Shown here piece after piece: positions 47,021 to 59,765 of a stretch of 64,000 nucleotides of DNA. The notes under the pieces were generated by a model. It saw only the letters and a program-made list of their open reading frames with translations. It was not told the origin of the DNA and did no database searches. This stretch comes from Tubulanus polymorphus (lineage: Eukaryota > Animalia > Nemertea), in NCBI RefSeq assembly GCF_964204645.1, contig NC_134027.1:5116485-5180484 (forward strand), in the 5' to 3' direction. The position numbers were made by a program, and so were the translations under genes. How positions within the stretch are numbered: position 1 is the stretch's first letter; the number at the start of each line of letters is the position of its first letter.

Positions 47021-48047
47021 CGTTAAAATATATGTATCTTATTCCGCTAGATTTGACAAATGTTTCATTATACTTGCCAGAGCTATCATCAATTCAATGT
47101 TTAATGCTTGGCTCTGACGTCAGGAAATGGTGGCTGATTAGCATACATTTCTGACGAAAGATAGCGCCACTCCTGGATGAGCGATCCATAAGCGGTTGGC
47201 TCCGATCCGACGGCGAACTGGAGAAATGGCGTTGGCGCTAGTTGACACTTCCGAGAGACCGTACCTAATTGTTGGTGCCGGTTTATAATCCGAAAGTGCT
47301 TATCAACAGGGATGCCAAGACAAGAGCCACTTAGTGTTGAAAAAATTAATGCTTCAAAAATTACTTTTTGCTGTTGACTTACCGCATCGATTTTTCTCGG
47401 TTTCTATGCTAATGCTATGATATGATAATTCAGGATGCGGGGCCCTAAAAAAGGTTCATACTACAATTTCGACCTGGGAGTGGAAACAGTTTGCCGGTGA
47501 TAGCCCGGTATAGTGCCGCCTTATCGTTGCCTCGTAGATCTAGCGATGAGTCCGAATCCGCGTTTTATATTTTTACCCTGACCTATCATTCATTTCCGGG
47601 TTATCATTGTTCGTAATCCGTAAAGTTCCAAATGGCATAAATGAGGTATCTATCCGTTACTTTTTGCATGCAAGCCCTGCAACGAATAGCCTGACTATAT
47701 GTTAAGGGATATTTCAACAGATCTACAAAGACTGGGAAAAATTTGGGTCGTTCTAAACGATGCCGAAAAACCAAAAACGGCTCGCATTCGCGCATACACA
47801 ATTGACTTCCGGGTTCCTAACTCTAACTGCTGAGGCTCTGATCCTTTTTCAGTCGGCAGAAAACGAATAAGCTGACAGACCATTCATTTCATTGATTTGA
47901 CACTAATTTATACCTAACCAAAAAACACTCATTTATTGCCAAGAGTAACCTCATTATTTTCGTTCAATTTATAGGGTTATTGATCCAAATCCAAGCTGAG
48001 AAGAATGAAGAATTGCTATTTCAGTGAGCTGAAGGAAAGATAATAAA
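47021..48047. promoter_or_regulatory. Divergent promoter/5'UTR region shared by CaMKI and the C2H2 gene
   Basis: ATGs ~1 kb apart head-to-head; locally CpG-richer; perfect CRE TGACGTCA 47115-47122; ETS-type ACTTCCGG 47805-47812; 5'UTR acceptor ttatag| ~47974. Confidence 0.55.
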
Positions 48048-49349
48048 ATGAATCATCAAATTCGTGAATTGACTGCTACTAACGATATGGATGTCGGTGT
48101 GGTTGGAGAAAGTGCTGAAAGGATGGCAGAAAACTGTAAATCAGGCATGCAATCTGTAGTTCATTCTAAACCTTCAATTGTGGCGGGGCAGATTTCAACA
48201 AATGGTATGCAGACTGCAGAAGGTTTTAGACTAAAAGAAGAAGTGAATTTGATTACGAACATCAATAGCGACGTTGAAATTAAACAAACACCATCATCTC
48301 TGTCCGCCGATAAAAAACCATCTACACAAATATTGAATCTATCACCACAGTTACCCGTGCAACATAGTGTACAACCAGTCATTCTGACACCTGCATTGCT
48401 TCAGCAGATACTAACTATGCATACTGGAATTGTAGCGAACCAGAATGTAATACAAATAACCGTTCCACAAGATGCTATACTGCAAAATTTACCACAACTA
48501 ACTGGTAACGTGACAGTTGAGCCGCAGTGCATATCCCTGAATGGTGCGTCCGTCCAACCTTCACAGATCGTCTTTGCCGAATTAGAAGCATTACAAACAG
48601 CTTTGAATAAAATGCAGAAGAGTCCTGATGATAAGATTTCAACAGAAAACATATCAAATGGCACAAAGTCGGTTGAAATTCTAACTACCACGGCATCTTA
48701 TGAAGTACCGTTAGCTGTCGACAGTATAAGTGCACCTGCTGGGAAAAATAATCAAAACATTATTGATGTATCCTCGTCCAGTATTGCCTGTAGTATAACT
48801 GAATCAAATAAAAGTGGACATAAAAACCAGTATATATCAACACTGCTGAAAACCGCTGACCAGACTGGAAATCTGACTGACATGAAAAAGGATAGCAATT
48901 GTGAAGCAATAGATGAGGTCGGGTCGATTAAAGAAGATCAAGTTCAGATTATTAATCTATCCGAATTTATGAACAATGTCAAACAATCTAATGAGTCAAA
49001 TAAGTGTGATGAGTGCAATAAGGTATTTACATCATCCTCTGCTTTAAAAGGACATAAAACATTGCACAATCGAAAGATTACCGAATGCCCAGTGTGTCAC
49101 AAATTATTTACGAGAAACTGGCTATTGCAAGGTCACCTTCGCATCCACACCGGCGAACGCCCTTTTCCGTGTACTTTCTCTGGATGTACGAAGGCTTTCG
49201 CTGACAAGTCAAACTTGCGTTCGCACATGTTAATTCATACGACTACGTACAAAGAATTTGTGTGCAATAAATGCAATAAAGCTTTCGCTCAGAAACGTTA
49301 TTTGCACAAACATCAGCTCGAAGTATGCAACAAAAAGAAATTAAGCTAG
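48048..49349 (+). CDS. Snail/Scratch-superfamily-like C2H2 zinc-finger protein (433 aa, 4 fingers, no SNAG)
   Basis: C-terminal fingers CPVCHKLFTRNWLLQGHLRIHTGERPF, KAFADKSNLRSH, AFAQKRYLHKH resemble Snail/Scratch SRPWLLQGH, ADRSNLRAH, ALKSYLNKH; long low-complexity N-terminus. Confidence 0.85.
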   Translation: MNHQIRELTATNDMDVGVVGESAERMAENCKSGMQSVVHSKPSIVAGQISTNGMQTAEGFRLKEEVNLITNINSDVEIKQTPSSLSADKKPSTQILNLSPQLPVQHSVQPVILTPALLQQILTMHTGIVANQNVIQITVPQDAILQNLPQLTGNVTVEPQCISLNGASVQPSQIVFAELEALQTALNKMQKSPDDKISTENISNGTKSVEILTTTASYEVPLAVDSISAPAGKNNQNIIDVSSSSIACSITESNKSGHKNQYISTLLKTADQTGNLTDMKKDSNCEAIDEVGSIKEDQVQIINLSEFMNNVKQSNESNKCDECNKVFTSSSALKGHKTLHNRKITECPVCHKLFTRNWLLQGHLRIHTGERPFPCTFSGCTKAFADKSNLRSHMLIHTTTYKEFVCNKCNKAFAQKRYLHKHQLEVCNKKKLS

Positions 49350-49938
49350 CAAATTGTCATCCAGCCTGACTCTAGAGACTGATTGAAATTCATGTACTTA
49401 GTACATGTACACTGTAAAATCTTGTACTATCTCAGAATTTTAAACCATTTTTCCTCTTCATTTAGAAGATTCTCTATCACTAACAATAGGTTTTTAGTAC
49501 TGATGTAACATGGTGTAAATATATGTAGATGTATGATAAATTAAAACATATTAGTTTATGCTTTATGGGTGTTTTTAAGCATGTTTACAGTTTCTATTAT
49601 AATAAAGATACATTGTTACTATTTAATTTGATGTTCAATTATGATATGATTCTTGGTTACTTTTGTAGTTTCTGCACTTTCCAGCAAGGGCTGATAGAAA
49701 ATTCCTTTTCGGTAACAATAGAAATCAAATCAAAGACCAATGTTATTCATTAGTGTTTATTGCATTTTGAAAAACTGGACCACATGACGTTAACAAGATT
49801 CACATAGCAGTTCACATAGTGTATAAAGGGATATTTCATTTGAAACAATAATAGTTGTAAAGTTTGGAATCTCTTGGGCAAAATATTTGGACGAAGACAT
49901 GCAAGACATAAAAGTTCAAACTTGGAAAGGATGAAATA

Positions 49939-50042
49939 GAGGTGTACAATAAATTCATATACAAGATATGCAGATTCCCTAAAAAATTGAGGTGTACAAT
50001 TGAATAAATTCATATACAAGATATGCAGATTCCCTAAAAAAT
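49939..50042. repeat. Two-copy ~50-bp direct tandem duplication
   Basis: gaggtgtacaat...aaattcatatacaagatatgcagattccctaaaaaat occurs twice. Confidence 0.85.
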
Positions 50043-50512
50043 CTAACTATGAACAATCTTTCAATTTGATCCTGTTTTTCAAACAATTCATCCATTCACT
50101 TATGTATAATTAATAATCATTTATGACTAGAAAAGATTATGGCAACCTTTTTAAGGCATAATTCATGTACATGTATAAATATATTCTAAAGAAATATTTG
50201 TTCGTGACAAACAAAACAACTCACTAGAGTATTATTAATGAATACATTATGAATACCTGGTAAAGATATGCGCATTTTGAATATAGAATGTGCAGCAGCA
50301 TATGCCCAGTACTAATAAAATCCTCACCCTATTGCTATAATTAATTTCTTAATTCTAATACAGAAATGTAAAGAATATATGGAGCTGAATTCCTGAGAAA
50401 TTGATAATGATGACGCTAAAAGTACCCAACCACAGTAGCAATATCCTCTTCACTTGTGAATTAATAAAAAACAAGTTTTAAACAGATGTTTCAATTGTAA
50501 ATAGGTCTGGTT

Positions 50513-52551
50513 TCACATAGCTGGTAAAGAGTGTTCTTCAGGTGATTCGGCAGTAGCATCAGTTGACCGAAGTCCTTCACTAGCCATCTGTTTACCAGCT
50601 AAATTCAGTAGTGCTTTGCCGCTTGGATCTTTGTCTAAGACGCTTGTTACCTTCTAAAATACCGAGAAAAGCCATTTGGCATTTATTTTTTACAAATTCA
50701 TTGAACGAGAAAGATCTATAACAATCTTACCTTAGATCGAGCTGGAGCCTCACCTACTCCCCACACCTCTAAAACTTCAATAGCAAAGTTTGGTTCTTTA
50801 GATAGTTGAGGGCTATTATAGGTTGTGCATTTTGGTAATGCTTTACTATTTCCAATCCCAAATTCACTGTCGATCCAAAGTCCGAAGTGGTCCAGTTGTC
50901 CTCCCATACCCTAAAATAAACCTTACCTAATTATTTGAATTGATAATTATTAATAGACTACTACCGTTCTTGGGAATTATGCTTACCAATCCATTAGGCA
51001 TAGTTTGTTGCCCTTGGTTCAGGTACTGATAATGATCGTTATACCCTGAAGGGAAGAAACGACCAATCTGTGGAAACAATGTAAACAAAAAGCACCGTGT
51101 TGTACCTGAAAAAAATTCAAAATCAGTTAAAAAATCATAAACTTGATGTGCAGATTTAACATTAGCAGGCATGTTGATACGTACCAACCCATTCTGGACT
51201 TATTTCCCAAGGTGTGGCAGCAAACCCTCCAAACAAATAACCATCTTTGTCCTTGATTATCAACATAGTAGGACCCTCGTTTGTGATATATTTCACCATT
51301 GTCGAAAAACTTTCACCATCTGTTGCTGTGCTGAAGAGCAATCTCCATTTAACACCGAGTTCTTTTGGTATACTGTGATTCAGACAGATTAGTGAAGTCA
51401 CATCAAGAAGAGACTTTGTTGAATTCCAATCGACATCAGAACAGAATGGAATTTTTGGAGTGTGGAATGCAACAGCAGTCATGTCTTCAACCTGCAATAT
51501 TCAAATTCATTTCTGAAATAATGCAAGGGAGCTCACACCCATGGATAGTAAGTCCTATACATCATCACGACTGATTACTTACATAGCTAACATTGAAACA
51601 TGTATAGAATATATAATCCATCAGATGAGAGATGAATGCTGATTTAGAGATCCAGTTTTCCAAATCCTCTAAAGTATACACATCTTCACTTTTCAATGGG
51701 CTGCCATCAGCTTATATATCATATAGAATAGTGACATAGTTGATTAGAAGGTTGCTTTACATCGTAGCATATAAACAAACCAGTGTAAGCTTATACATGA
51801 ATGAATCACCTACCATTAAATACAAGGGAATGCATTAGAAATTTAGCAAACAGTAAATTCTTTTCACTGTCATACGGAATCTTCCATGTTGCATACTGCG
51901 GTGTTTTCATCATCAGTTTCACATATGCATCTAACAACATCTGAACTGTCTGCAAAGTAAGAGGTAATCATATATCGCGAGTTTTCAATTAGATTATGCA
52001 ATTTAAGCGATTCAAAATATGTCTAACTAACCGACCTGTTCAAGTTGTTCCAGTGTTGCTGTTGTGTTCACAGTCGTTATACTCATAAACACTTCACTTC
52101 TCTGAGACAATGTTCCTTTGAGGAGATAAGTCAGTGAAACCACGAAACTCTTTTCATCGACGTGTGTATGGTGTGTACGGCTGCTCTTCGACACCAAAAT
52201 GTTGCACATTTCATTGTGAAGACAGGTTGAAATACTCGGTGGTAATACGTCTTTCAGATATCTCTGTTGTTAAAAAGGAATAGAATAATGAATAATTGAG
52301 TCATTGCAATTACCAGCAGGAGCAAACTGTCTATTAAGATGAATTTTTCCAGTGTTCAGAATGTCTTTACGTACTATCTTATCTAACAAAAAAGTCAAAT
52401 TTCAATTACTTACTTCCAAATCATCTCTACTAAACGATACACTATTTTCCCCAGCAATCTCTTTGAAAATCTTTCTTATTTGATCTTGTTCTTGTTTTGT
52501 AAACAATTCTAATGCCCTGTCAACTTCGGGGTAGCTCTGCATTAGTCCCAT
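50513..52551 (-). CDS. MEAK7: MTOR-associated protein MEAK7 / TLDc domain protein 1 (~458 aa)
   Basis: 8 exons: 52414-52551 (MGLMQS myristoylation-type start), 52036-52263, 51814-51949, 51583-51710, 51185-51491 (WRLLFST..DGESF..GPT..GYLFGGFA), 50987-51105 (YQYLNQGQQTMPNGL), 50731-50910 (GMGGQLDHFGLWID..CTTYNSPQLS..EVWGV), 50513-50653 (SVLDKDP..SEGLR); 1377 nt in frame. Confidence 0.93.
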
Positions 52552-52806
52552 TTTTCAAGTCATGTGAATTACGAATTTTAATTTCTCTAGCATTTCCGGG
52601 TTTTCCAGGAATTTCGTGGTTGGGTCGCGGGAATAGCCGGAAAATGGATTAACAGAACTTGAAGAACAGAACAACCCCTAGTCCGAAACCTGATTTTTTA
52701 CTCAACCTTCACGGCCTTTGAATTGCATTGAATTTCATTGAATAAAAACCCAGCCAAAACCATCGCTTTTGAATTGTATTTGCATATGGCCGAAAATGGC
52801 ATTTAG

Positions 52807-53692
52807 GTCTGTCTGCAGAGTTTCCAGAAACTGTCATGTCAGGGCCCAAGACCTGACATGACAGGTGGGACCTCAGGTGACAGGTCGATTTGCTAAAATG
52901 AAAATCGTAATGACTGAACCGATGATAGACGATTAGAAGATATGATAGGCACGGATTTAAAACAAATGATAGCCGATAAGAAACAAAAAGAACATATCTT
53001 AGTGCTTTCTGAATATATTATTCAAAAACAAAAAACAAACTATGGTGTGTTATGAATTCATTTAAGAATTTATGTTTGCCTTGTAAAGATGCAATGATTG
53101 TGAATTATTTGATTTCAATAATTTTGAAGCGAGACCTCACACGGCAGCTCGCGCCATTTTGCAGAGCTTCTCGGGACCTGTGGTGACAGGTCTGCACTAA
53201 AACTGATGAAATTGAAAAAACTTTACTTTTTATAACCTTTATATAGTAAAGAGTATAATATAAATTGCTAACCATGGATATAGTTAATCTTAAGTTACTA
53301 CAAAACAATAATTTTGAAGCGAGACCTCACACGGCAGCTCGCGCCATTTTGCAGAGCTTCTCGGGACCTGTGGTGACAGACAGGTCTGCATTAAAACTGA
53401 TGAAATGAAGGAAAACTTTACTTTTTATGGTATCTTTATAGTTATGAATATAATATAAATTGCTAACCATAGATAGAGTTAATCTTAAGTTACTATAAAA
53501 CAATAATTTTGAAGCGAGACCTCACACGGCAGCTCGCGCCATTTTGCAGAGCTTCTCGGGACCTGTGGTGACAGGTCTGCACTAAAACTGATGAAATTGA
53601 AAAAACTTTACTTTTTATAACCTTTATATAGTAAAGAGTATAATATAAATTGCTAACCATGGATATAGTTAATCTTAAGTTACTATACTAAG

Positions 53693-53728
<36 letters not shown>

Positions 53729-54630
53729 TTTGAAGCGAAGCGAGACCTCACACGGCAGCTCGCGCCATTTTGCAGAGCTTCTCGAGACCTGTGGTGACAG
53801 GTCTGCTTGAAAACTGATGAAATGGAAAAAAATTTACTTTTTATGGTATCTTTATAGTAATGAATATAATATAGATTGCTAACCATGGATATAGTTAATC
53901 TTAAGTTACTACAAAACAATAATTATGAAGCGAGACCTCACACGGCAGCTCGCGCCATTTTACAGAGCTTCTCGGGACCTGTGGTGACAGGTCTGCATTA
54001 AAACTGATATAAGAAAAAAACTTCATGCTTTAAATTGATGAGTTGATTTAAAATCAGTCTCAATAAAATCAGTCTCTATATTGCATTCGGCTCTTTTACA
54101 TGTACATCATAAAGACAATGAATATAAATAGTGAGACTTCAGGACTTCAGGACAGTGAGGAGTGTTGCCGAACTGTGATAGTGAGCAGATAATTTTCAGT
54201 GTCTTATTGCGGAAACGAAATATCAAGACCTCGATTCATCTAGCGAAAATATTCTCTTATAATGTGCTCTTATTTCTACATTAATTAATTCATCTTTGCC
54301 TGAAACTTATTTTTTACCTTTAATACAGAAATAAGTCATAGTTTACACATAAATATTTTCTTCTTATAAATCAACCTTTCAAATGAATTATTTGTCAGAA
54401 CATTTTCCTTATCGTTATTGTTGAATCATTTTCGATATTAACGACGGGTCAGAATATTCATTCTACTCAAAATGTTCTTCCATTCGTCTAACACGTGCCT
54501 AGATATTTCGCCGTTCCGTCAAATATTGTCATGAGTTTGGGTTTTTTTGGGACCTGACATGACAGGTCAGACCTGTCATGTCAGGTCTTAAGACCTGACA
54601 TGACAGGTTCTGGAAACTCTGCAGACAGAC
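52807..54630. mobile_element. Non-autonomous TIR (foldback/MITE-like) element containing a tandem array
   Basis: Perfect 23-bp inverted ends GTCTGTCTGCAGAGTTTCCAGAA / TTCTGGAAACTCTGCAGACAGAC, extending imperfectly with GACCTGACATGACAGGT subterminal motifs; no clear TSD. Confidence 0.8.
53117..54010. repeat. ~190-195-bp tandem repeat, ~4.5 copies
   Basis: Units start ~53117, 53307, 53502, ~53724 and 53918 with ttgaagcgagacctcacacggcagctcgcgccatttt; (TA)n inserted ~53698-53725. Confidence 0.95.
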
Positions 54631-55113
54631 ATCAATCGAAAATGGATACGTGAAAAAATGAGGTAAGTTTGTGATGTTTAAGGAGGTATTTTTGTTGGGG
54701 CTACAGTATATCAAATCTATTTAGATTTGGCTTGTAGAAAGAAATGGCGGAAGACGTCGTCGTTGACGTTGTGCGGTGCTGTGTTTCACTTTCTGTTTGT
54801 TGAATGTGTGTGGTGGGCCCTTTGCCTTTGGCCTTTGCCTTTTGGCTTTCTCAGTTTCAGTTTCAATCTCAGTCAATAAAAGTACTCAGTAGTACGTACC
54901 TGGTGTAATAGGTTTTAAATGGACTACTGTCTGTCACACATGAATTGCCAGAAAACTCAAAATTATTTTCTGTAGGCCCTATCGTACTGCTGGCCTGCAC
55001 AGATTAATTTCGCCTAATTGTTTTATCTTTTATACAGGCGTGCCAGTGATAGTTAATGTTTGTTCATTTTAATGTATTGTAACAGTGTCATACGAAGCAA
55101 CGAAAGATCTAAT

Positions 55114-58099
55114 ATGCAGACATTATTACTGATTTTTGTATTGCATGTGCTGCATACGGAAGGAAAAAGCATGAAATCCTGTAAGTACCGCTAACTCTTC
55201 CAGAATTTAGACGGTTTTAACAGCTTTTTTGACATCATGTGTATGCCGATAGAAAACTTATGTTTGAACAGTAAACTTTGTATTACAGTTAAAATGCCGG
55301 GTGGAAGCTACTGTTCGTGGACAGCTGGTTTTCAGGAGGTTGATGGTGGAATAGTCAGATCGGTCAGACCAGCTGCTAAAGATCTTCATAACGAGTGTAA
55401 ATTACAGCTCGTCGCTGATGATAAAATATTCACTACGAAAAAGATGATGGTCAAATTTCAATCGCTTAGAATTAACGACTGTAACACGAAACTTTCATTC
55501 TATGATAGCAGCCACAGTAGAAATGCTCCGATGGTGAGTTTCAGTTCATTTAATCAATAATGTACGCAATGATTATGTTCATTATTCAACTCATCGAAAA
55601 TTGATTTCAGAAAACCTTTACATGCGGAACTCCCATACCAAAGATTTTATATACGACGGGAAAATATCTTGTCATAACTTTCAATCCTGGCGGATCAGGG
55701 AATTATCTATTCGAATTTCTGGTCACTACATATAGCGGGAGTAAGTATGATAGGTCTTGATTATTTTTTTGTGCAGTTGGGTGCGGTCGGATCATGCGAT
55801 GCTTTAGTAAATAATCTACATCGATCTTGTCGATGTATTAATTGATTTATAACCAGTATATATGTTATTTTGGTTTGCAGGGGCCGGATTCTGTTCAGAG
55901 TTTCAATGTAAAAATCGTAAGTGTATTGAAAAGGATTTAGTTTGTGACGGTTATGATAGCTGTTTTGATGGTTCTGATGAATACTGTGGCTCAAGTAAGT
56001 TGGAACCTAGTAAGTGCTCTGCATCTTATTTTTCCTTGGTTATTTGCACTAAAATGCATCATGAGTATTTTAAAGAGAGTTTTATGCCAGAAATACTTTT
56101 CAGAGACATGTTCTCCTATATTATTCTAGCACCATAAAGAATTGTCAGATTTTACGTTAATTGAATAGACCCTCTTAATGAATGGTCATTGAGATATAGC
56201 TTTTGTTCATCTAGCATTGTCAGCCATTCTACAGCCTGCTTAATCTTACGTTTGCATACGGATCAGTTGAAGTTTTCGCTTATTTTGCTTTTATTTTTCT
56301 AGACTGTGATAAGAATAATGCAACTTGTTCTAATGGTAAATTTTCATGGTGTCTAATAAATGTTGACTAATGTTTTGCTTCACCCATAATATTGATTGAC
56401 ACACATCATTCATCCTTGGTTTATGGTGCATTCATTTGCTTCGACTTATTATTTTTGTCATGTCATCCACGCATGTTTCTTTGCTTGAAAACCTTTTCAA
56501 AAGGATCTCATGATGGTATTATTAAAAGAATATAGGCTACTAATGTATTTATACACCAATATACGTTATAATGAATCTAAGCCTTATAAACCGATAATAC
56601 CATAATGCTTTTAAGAAAATATGATTTAATGGTAAAACAATAGTACTTCACTTGAAGCTTCAGTATAAAAGCAGTTTTGTAGATAGCTTTAATGATTAAT
56701 GGAAATAATGTTTGGAACATACTCCCAATGTGTTTTAATGAAGATAATATGGGATAGATGGGGTATGGGTATATAGTTAACAGTATATATAGGACGCAGA
56801 ATACTTGACTCGGATCAACCATTGATCAGTCTACCAGGTGTATGCGTGTATCACTACAGTATAAAGTTGCTGTCTGAGAGAACAGTGTGCAGTCAATAAC
56901 TAATGGTTTTAGATCGGTAAATATTTTTTTAACCCTATATAGTTTGAAGTACCGAATATTCGGAAAATATATATTTTTGTTTACAGATAACCTACGTGGA
57001 TTAGGTTTCTCGATGAAGAAGTTTATAATAGGTATCCTCGTAGTCATTGGACTAGTGATTGTAGCTGTAATTGTGTGTATCGTGTGCTGTGTAAAGAAAG
57101 GATCGGGAGCATTTGGGAAAATGTTTAATCGCGGAGGACGCCATTCATCGTCTCCCCCTGTTGCGTACGAAGGTAAATCAGCTTCATGCCGATATTCACA
57201 TTTTCATTAAAATGTTAAATTCAATGGCGGCGATGGTATTCTGTATCTTTGCAGCTGCACCACTCCATGGTCAGTACAATGAGTGTGATTTAGTGTTTTT
57301 TACACGAATGCAAATTGTTGATTTGTTTTCATGCTTTTTCATGTAAAGGCCTTTAAGTATGATGAACGATTCCAGCTTACATCGCACGTGATATTATGTT
57401 TTAAGAATTTCTATACAAGCATGTTTGTTTCGTCGGATGTTCGCCATATATTGGATATTATTCATTATTGAATTTTTGTTTTAGTTTTTAAGCTACATTC
57501 ATGTACAATACATTTTGAATATAAGCTACACCGAATATGTGTTTTAAGTGAATCTCCAGTCATTGTGTCTTCAAGTACCATTGACTTTGTTAGAAATACT
57601 TAACTATGGTGACTATCCGGTATTTGCTAACTACTGTATTTCTATTCATTCTATTTAGTTGCTCCTACGAGTGCGCCGTCATACCCACCACAACAGGGAT
57701 ACCAGCCTCAACAGGGATACCCACCTCAACAGGGGTATCCACCACAACAGGGATATCCACCTCAACCAATGGCACCATATCCAGAACCACAAGCACCGTA
57801 CCCTCCAGTTGGTTTGTACCATTTGTCATAATGCCTTATGTCTATCAGTTATTTATGAATTTGAATCTTTTACGAACCAAAATAAATACATGCTTGCCAC
57901 ACTGTGCGCTTAAGTTGTAGGTGGCTACCCTCTCCAGCCAGGACCTCCTCCAGCATACGGATTGCATCCTCAGGGACCAGGTAAGGCTTTGCTTACTATA
58001 CCTTTTATCAGAATATGTTTAGGAATCATACTTTATATTAGTGTAAACGAATTTATACTGTATGTATGTTTTACTGTAGAAGACAAAGTGATGTTATAG
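55114..58099 (+). CDS. Single-pass membrane protein: signal peptide, CUB-like domain, LDLa repeat, TM, Pro/Gln/Tyr-rich tail (~340 aa; LDLRAD-like architecture)
   Basis: Exons 55114-55180, 55289-55533, 55611-55740, 55881-55994 (FCSEFQCKNRKCIEKDLVCDGYDSCFDGSDEYC), 56303-56335, 56987-57172 (TM), 57255-57269, 57659-57811 (YPPQQG repeats), 57921-57980 (PPPAY), 58080-58099 (EDKVML*); 1023 nt in frame. Confidence 0.85.
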
Positions 58100-59607
58100 G
58101 TAATATATAATTTATATCTCAGGTATTGGGAATCACATATACATGTATTACTTAGTTGCGCTTGCAAATAAATTGGTGTCTGGAATATTCATTTTGCTAT
58201 GTTGAAGGAACTGCAAATCTATTTCTATGGCGGTATGATTTATAGCATGTTGATGGGATTTTATCATTTCAGCATACTGAGAACAAACACAACAGTGGAA
58301 TATTGATACGTTAATAAAATATAGCTGCCCGAGATTGGAAGAAAGTGTAATACTATGCAATTTGGAATCGTTATGTACCGGTATACCGAAAAAGAAATGC
58401 TGCTATATGGACAACATTACACTGAATTATATAGAAATGCTCTGCATTATTGCATTTCTCAGGAATCTTAAGTTATTGACTGTGCAGCTAGCTGGCTACT
58501 ACGACTGCTTTGTGTGCAAAATGTGTTAATACCAAATGAAGTGCCCCCGCATGCGTCGGCTGTTCCTTCTAATGCAGGGACGTGATGAACAATATCTTGA
58601 GATGAATAACTCAAGTGAACAAAACAAACCGAGCCCTATTAATGGGTGTGCTTCTTCATCAATTAGGTTTATCTAAAATAAGATTTGTTATGGGTGTTCA
58701 CGTTGAAAACCTGGACCCAGATTAAGTTCACTTGAACAGTAACCAAACCATGACTATAACAGATTTTTATTTTGTTTTTTTTTCTTCCAAGTTTATTCTA
58801 CAAATTTGCTCTCAACGCTTTAACCTTTAAATGTGTCCCGTTTCTTTGGCATTTAGAACAATCCTTTCAATTTTTGCAACTCTCCATACCAGTAGAAGCG
58901 ATTCATTAGATGTATATACTTTAAACGCTGCTAAATCTTGAATCAGTGTTACTTTCAGAAAGCCAGTCTCATTCAAGATATATGCCGTTATTCATTGACT
59001 GGAGAGATTTTGAACTCTGAGGTTGTACATTATGCTAGTCTTCATTTATAGATGTGATAAATGTATGTTGTGTGTTGTATGTAGTGTTAGTGTAATTAGT
59101 ATAAATACGTTTTAAGTAAATCAGTCCTTCATAAATCATGTATTGAATTAAAAGCAAAATGCATGCAAGCACTGTCAAATTCTAGATAGTAGTATGCATC
59201 TAGATCAAGCTTTTTATTTATTGCTTCATGTTTTACAAATAGGATTCTTTTTATTTACATTTGTATTAATAACACTAAAGGAAATAGATTATAATTTTTT
59301 GATCATTAAAATTTGGAAAGTTACTGTGTAAATAGTTTAGTAACGGAATCTCCTGCGTGGACAGAATACTGTATAAATGTTCTATAATGAAATGGCATTA
59401 GACAGTTGATATTATTCCCTTGTGAACCAAATTCCCTGAAGATACTATGTTTCAATCTCTGTACCATTGGTCAGTGTTTTAATATACATAAACTGTAATT
59501 ATGAAAGTTACTCTATAAAATTAAAAGATTTGTCTTCTATGAATGAATGACTTCTTTCAATGTATTTCTGTGTTGGCTTCCATCCTCCGTCGAACTGGAC
59601 TTAATTA

Positions 59608-59765
59608 GGGATCATTCATTTATTACGTACGCATAAGATTTGAATTTTTCAACCCTCCTCTGTACGCAAAATCGGCCATTTTTTCATATATATTAAGCAT
59701 TACAGTACGCAATTGCACTGACCCCTCCCCCTCCCCTAATGCGTACGTAATAAATGAATGACCCC
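59608..59765. mobile_element. Short Harbinger/Tourist-type MITE (158 bp)
   Basis: TIR GGGATCATTCATTTATTACGTACGCA / TGCGTACGTAATAAATGAATGACCCC (1 mismatch); flanks TTA / TTG. Confidence 0.82.

Noticed and set aside
53105-53919. Two near-identical 67-78-aa ORFs (MFCSNLRLTISM...)
   Set aside because: Products of the 190-bp tandem repeat; frames are not kept across copies.
57606-57920. ORFs with TTTGI or HHNRD repeats (apparent secreted mucin-like peptide)
   Set aside because: Alternative frames of the YPPQQG exon; splice phases support the Pro-rich frame of the CUB/LDLa gene.
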